A stretch of 64,000 bases of DNA from NCBI RefSeq assembly GCF_937891315.1, contig NZ_CALAGI010000156.1, forward strand, positions 5,509 through 69,508, in the 5' to 3' direction. The notes beneath the pieces were generated by a model. It was given only the letters and a program-made list of their open reading frames with translations, did not search any database and was not told the DNA's origin. Origin of the DNA: an uncultured Amaricoccus sp. (lineage in GTDB: Bacteria; Pseudomonadota; Alphaproteobacteria; Rhodobacterales; Rhodobacteraceae). Shown here in pieces: positions 60,401 to 64,000 of the stretch (within the stretch, counting starts at the first letter, position 1; every line of letters begins with the position of its first letter). Both the position numbers and the translations under genes were made by a program.

Positions 60401-60932
60401 GGCTCTGGTGAAATCGAAGGCATTGGCGGCGAGCCTCGCGAGCCTGGCGAATTCCGCGCGGGAGTGAGCGGCGGAAGATCGGTAACCGAAACGCGAAATT
60501 CCGTGGAACCATTCCAGGGCGACTGCGTTATATTGCAGGCGATACGCCTCTTTTCCTTGATTCGAGGCCTCCGGGTTCGCGCCGGTATCCCGTGAACCCC
60601 GAGACCTCGGTCGGGACATTGGGGAGATGCGTCTCGTCTCCAGGAAATTTGTCCGGTAGCGCTCGTGGGACGGCCTTCAAGGCTGACGGGATATTGTCTT
60701 GCGAGAAAGGCGCGTGGGGAACTGGCGAGAGAGCCACGATCCTTCCGTGGTTCGTCGAGGCGACCGCGAAGAACGCGGTCGGCGGGCCGGCCCATATCAG
60801 GAATTCGGGAGCGTCGACGACGCCGCGCCGGATGGCGCGCACGGCTGGTTCAAGCCGGACGATCAATTCGTCCTGAAACCGAGCCGACAAACCCGATAGA
60901 AAATGCGCCCACCTTGTCGCACCCGAGGCGCG

Positions 60933-61580
60933 CTATTTTCCGTCGATGACGCGAAGGTGGGGGGGGACGGAGCGGGTCTTGGAGGGGGCGTTCGGATTGC
61001 CCTCGATCGAGCGCAGCTTCGGCGCGGCCGACGGGCCGGCGAACGAGGTCTGTTCCTCGGCGAAACCCGGGAGCGCGCGCTTGGCATCGGCGGCCTGGCT
61101 GGGCTCGATCGGCGTTACCGACACGTCCTGAATGGTGAAGGCGAGCGGCGGCGCATAAAGCTCGCCCTCGCCGCTGGCGCAGCCGAGCACGCGGTTGATG
61201 TCGCCGAAGTCGCTGCGCAGCGGCATCAGCAGCATGGTGGCGTGATAGGTCCCGGCGCGGTTGCGCGCTTCGAGCCGCAGTTCGACCACCGCGGGCTCGT
61301 TCATTACCACGTTCAGCAGCCGGTCGAACCGCAGCCGGTCGTCCTCGTCGATGAGATAGCCCGGCTGCATGCCGCGCACCTCCATCCCCATCATCTCGCA
61401 AACCTTCATGCCGGCGAGACGGATGCGCATGTTGTCGGCGCTGACCTTTTCGAGGATGAACATGTTTTCCAGCGCCGCCTCGAACTGGCGCGGGTCGATC
61501 TCGGCCCGGTAGGGCGCGATCCGTCCGGCGCGCAGCCGCTCCCAGTAGGATTTCAGCGAGGAGAGCATGAGATCATTCAT
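60933..61580 (-). CDS. PAS_5/DUF1457-type PAS domain protein
   Basis: ORF 60933..61580. LKSYWERLRAGRIAPYRAEIDPRQF...MFILE, typical of this alphaproteobacterial family. Confidence 0.7.
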   Translation of the reverse strand: MNDLMLSSLKSYWERLRAGRIAPYRAEIDPRQFEAALENMFILEKVSADNMRIRLAGMKVCEMMGMEVRGMQPGYLIDEDDRLRFDRLLNVVMNEPAVVELRLEARNRAGTYHATMLLMPLRSDFGDINRVLGCASGEGELYAPPLAFTIQDVSVTPIEPSQAADAKRALPGFAEEQTSFAGPSAAPKLRSIEGNPNAPSKTRSVPPHLRVIDGK

Positions 61581-61778
61581 TTCGAAACTTGACCCGCGAG
61601 AAGCCGCCTGTTTACCTCGGGCCGCGAGGCGCGGGCGGCCATTTGGTAAATGATTTCTTCATAGGCTAGCGCAGGTTTTCCCCGGAGTCGTGGCTCTTGC
61701 GCTTCCTACGTTAATTTGCCGCAAATCCGGTGAAAAGTTAAGCGGAGATTCACCCTCCGGGAGAATTGAGGCACGATT

Positions 61779-62675
61779 ATGACGCTTATTTCCATGACGG
61801 GCTTCGCCGACCTGACCGGAGGGGTCGGGGACGTGACCTGGGTCTGGGAGGCGCGCAGCGTCAACGGGCGCGGCCTCGACCTGCGGATCCGGCTGCCGGA
61901 GGGGTTCGAGACGGTGGATGCGGCCGTGCGCGCGGCGATGACCGGAACGCTCAGCCGGGGCTCCGTGACGATCGGATTGCGCCTGCTGCGCGGTGCGTCG
62001 ACGGCCATCCCGCGGCTGAATGAAGCCGCGCTCGAAGCAGCGATCCAGGCGGCGGAGACGGCGAGCGATGTCGCGGCGCGGCTCGGCCTTGGGCTCGCGC
62101 CGATGTCCGCCGCCGATCTTCTGACCCTGCGCGGCGTGCTGGAGACCGAGTTGGTTTTGCCGTCGCAGAACGCGGAGGTGATCGCGACGCTGACCGCCGA
62201 GACGGTGGCGCTGGCCACGCGGCTGCGCGACGCGCGGGCGGGCGAGGGGGCGGCGCTGGGCCGGTTGATCGCCGCTCAGCTCGACCGGATCGCGGTGTTG
62301 GTGGAGGCGGCGCGGATCACGGCGGAGGCGCGGGCGGCGCGGAGCGGGACCCTGCTGCGCGCGCGGGTCGAGGCGGTACTCGCGGCGACCGCGGCGGTGG
62401 ACGAGGCGCGTCTCGCGCAGGAACTGGCGCTGATCGCGGTCAAGGCCGATGTGACCGAGGAGCTCGACCGGCTGGAGGCGCATGTCGCGGCGGCGCGCCA
62501 GCTGATCGCGGGGGAGGGGCCGGTCGGCCGCAAGCTCGATTTTCTCACCCAGGAGTTCAATCGGGAGGCCAATACGCTTTGCTCCAAGGCCGGGGCGAGT
62601 GACCTGACCGCGATCGGGCTCGAAATGAAGGTGGTGATCGACCAGATGCGCGAGCAGGTGCAGAATGTGGAATAG
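61779..62675 (+). CDS. yicC: YicC-family stress-induced protein (endoribonuclease-like)
   Basis: ORF 61779..62675. MTLISMTGFA..., EFNREANTLCSKA, REQVQNVE C-terminus. Confidence 0.88.
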   Translation: MTLISMTGFADLTGGVGDVTWVWEARSVNGRGLDLRIRLPEGFETVDAAVRAAMTGTLSRGSVTIGLRLLRGASTAIPRLNEAALEAAIQAAETASDVAARLGLGLAPMSAADLLTLRGVLETELVLPSQNAEVIATLTAETVALATRLRDARAGEGAALGRLIAAQLDRIAVLVEAARITAEARAARSGTLLRARVEAVLAATAAVDEARLAQELALIAVKADVTEELDRLEAHVAAARQLIAGEGPVGRKLDFLTQEFNREANTLCSKAGASDLTAIGLEMKVVIDQMREQVQNVE

Positions 62676-62678
62676 GCC

Positions 62679-63337
62679 GTGACACTGGAAATGGCGGCCG
62701 AGCGGCGCCGCGGTCTGCTCATCATCCTTTCCTCGCCCTCCGGCGCCGGCAAGTCGACCCTGTCGCGGCGGCTGCTGGAGGCGGATTCCGAGGTAGGCTT
62801 TTCGATCTCGGCGACAACGCGGCCGCCGCGGCCGGGCGAGCAGGAGGGGCGGGACTACTTCTTCCGCAGCCGGCGCGAGTTCGAGGCGATGGCGGCGGCG
62901 GGCGAGCTGCTGGAGTACGCGGAGGTGTTCGGCAATCTCTATGGCACGCCGAGAGCGCCGGTCGAGGCGATGGTCTCGCGTGGCCGCGACGTGCTGTTCG
63001 ACGTCGATTGGCAGGGCGGCCAGCAGATCCGCAATTCCAGCTTGCGCGACGCGGTGGTCTCGATCTTCATCCTGCCGCCCTCGATCGCCGAGCTCGAGAG
63101 CCGTCTGCGCGCGCGCGGGCAGGACAGCCCGGCGGTGGTGGCCGAGCGGATGGCGAAGTCGCGCGATGAGATCAGCCATTGGGCGGAGTATGACTATGTG
63201 CTGGTCAATGAGAACCTGGTGCGCTGCGAGGCCGAGCTCAGTGCTGTCATCCGGGCCGAGCGGCTGCGCCGCGACCGGCGACCGGAGCTGATGGGCACGG
63301 TCAATCAATTGAACCGCGAATTCGAGGAACGTCTGAA

Positions 63338-63341
<4 letters not shown>
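62679..63341 (+). CDS. gmk: Guanylate kinase
   Basis: ORF 62679..63341 (GTG start; alternative ATG at 62691). SSPSGAGKSTL, TTRPPRPGEQEGRDYFF, YAEVFGNLYGT, DIDWQGG-like. Confidence 0.93.
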
Positions 63342-63865
<524 letters not shown>

Positions 63866-64000
63866 TCCGGGGCGCGCGCCCCGGACCGGAACAGGCGTCC
63901 GGTGACGGTCGTCCCGCTCCGTCTCCGGAGCCCGGGCGAAGGGCGCGAGGGGTTCGGATTTCGCCATGGCCGAACCGCAGGCCGCCCGCTGGCGGGGAGG

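Overview
Very GC-rich (about 65-70% by eye) chromosomal segment from an alphaproteobacterium. Gene content suggests Rhodobacterales, which is inference only. It is densely packed with about 65 protein genes and one tRNA-Arg(CCG). I see no rRNA, CRISPR array, transposase, integrase or phage genes. Many long ORFs in the six-frame track are GC artefacts (Arg/Pro/Gly-rich, antisense to real genes). True starts were re-derived from protein similarity, Shine-Dalgarno context and the very frequent ATGA/GTGA stop-start overlaps. Gene order: lptG-lptF divergent from pepA-holC; a Liv-type ABC importer; a class-C beta-lactamase-like hydrolase; tRNA-Arg; hisE-hisF-(LysE exporter)-hisA; a small membrane protein coupled to DedA; a TRAP transporter (Q-M-P); a TSUP permease; DUF1289-ruvX-ccmI; soxB-(small membrane ORF)-soxD-soxA-soxG; a polar amino-acid ABC set with two binding proteins, two permeases and no ATPase; an RlmI-like methyltransferase coupled to a PIN nuclease; a patatin-like lipase behind a collapsed bdhA; an orphan family-5 binding protein; a collapsed OmpR-type regulator; TerC; cbpA-cbpM; a CAP/PR-1-RTX secreted protein; a 2-hydroxyacid dehydrogenase; an SH3-like protein; a P-loop ATPase coupled to a CDF transporter; metA; ppk2; RDD; bpt; an acyltransferase; a collapsed MFS gene; a NarL-type regulator convergent with an SSS-domain hybrid kinase; FadL; ppa; katG/oxyR; lipA; an ExoY-like sugar transferase behind a 780-bp gene-poor, partly AT-rich region; a PAS_5 protein; yicC-gmk-gamma-CA-like. 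I did not find a clear novel multi-gene system. The best leads are: (i) the methyltransferase-PIN pair with no antitoxin; (ii) an orphan promoter plus strong intrinsic terminator that could define an ~80-nt sRNA; (iii) three genes collapsed in frame to an N-terminus-plus-C-terminus minigene, with several orphaned transport or toxin components nearby; (iv) the AT-rich, repeat-bearing region upstream of the ExoY-like gene; (v) the CAP-RTX protein; (vi) the ATPase-CDF coupling. All functional calls rest on my own recognition of motifs and families. No database search was run.
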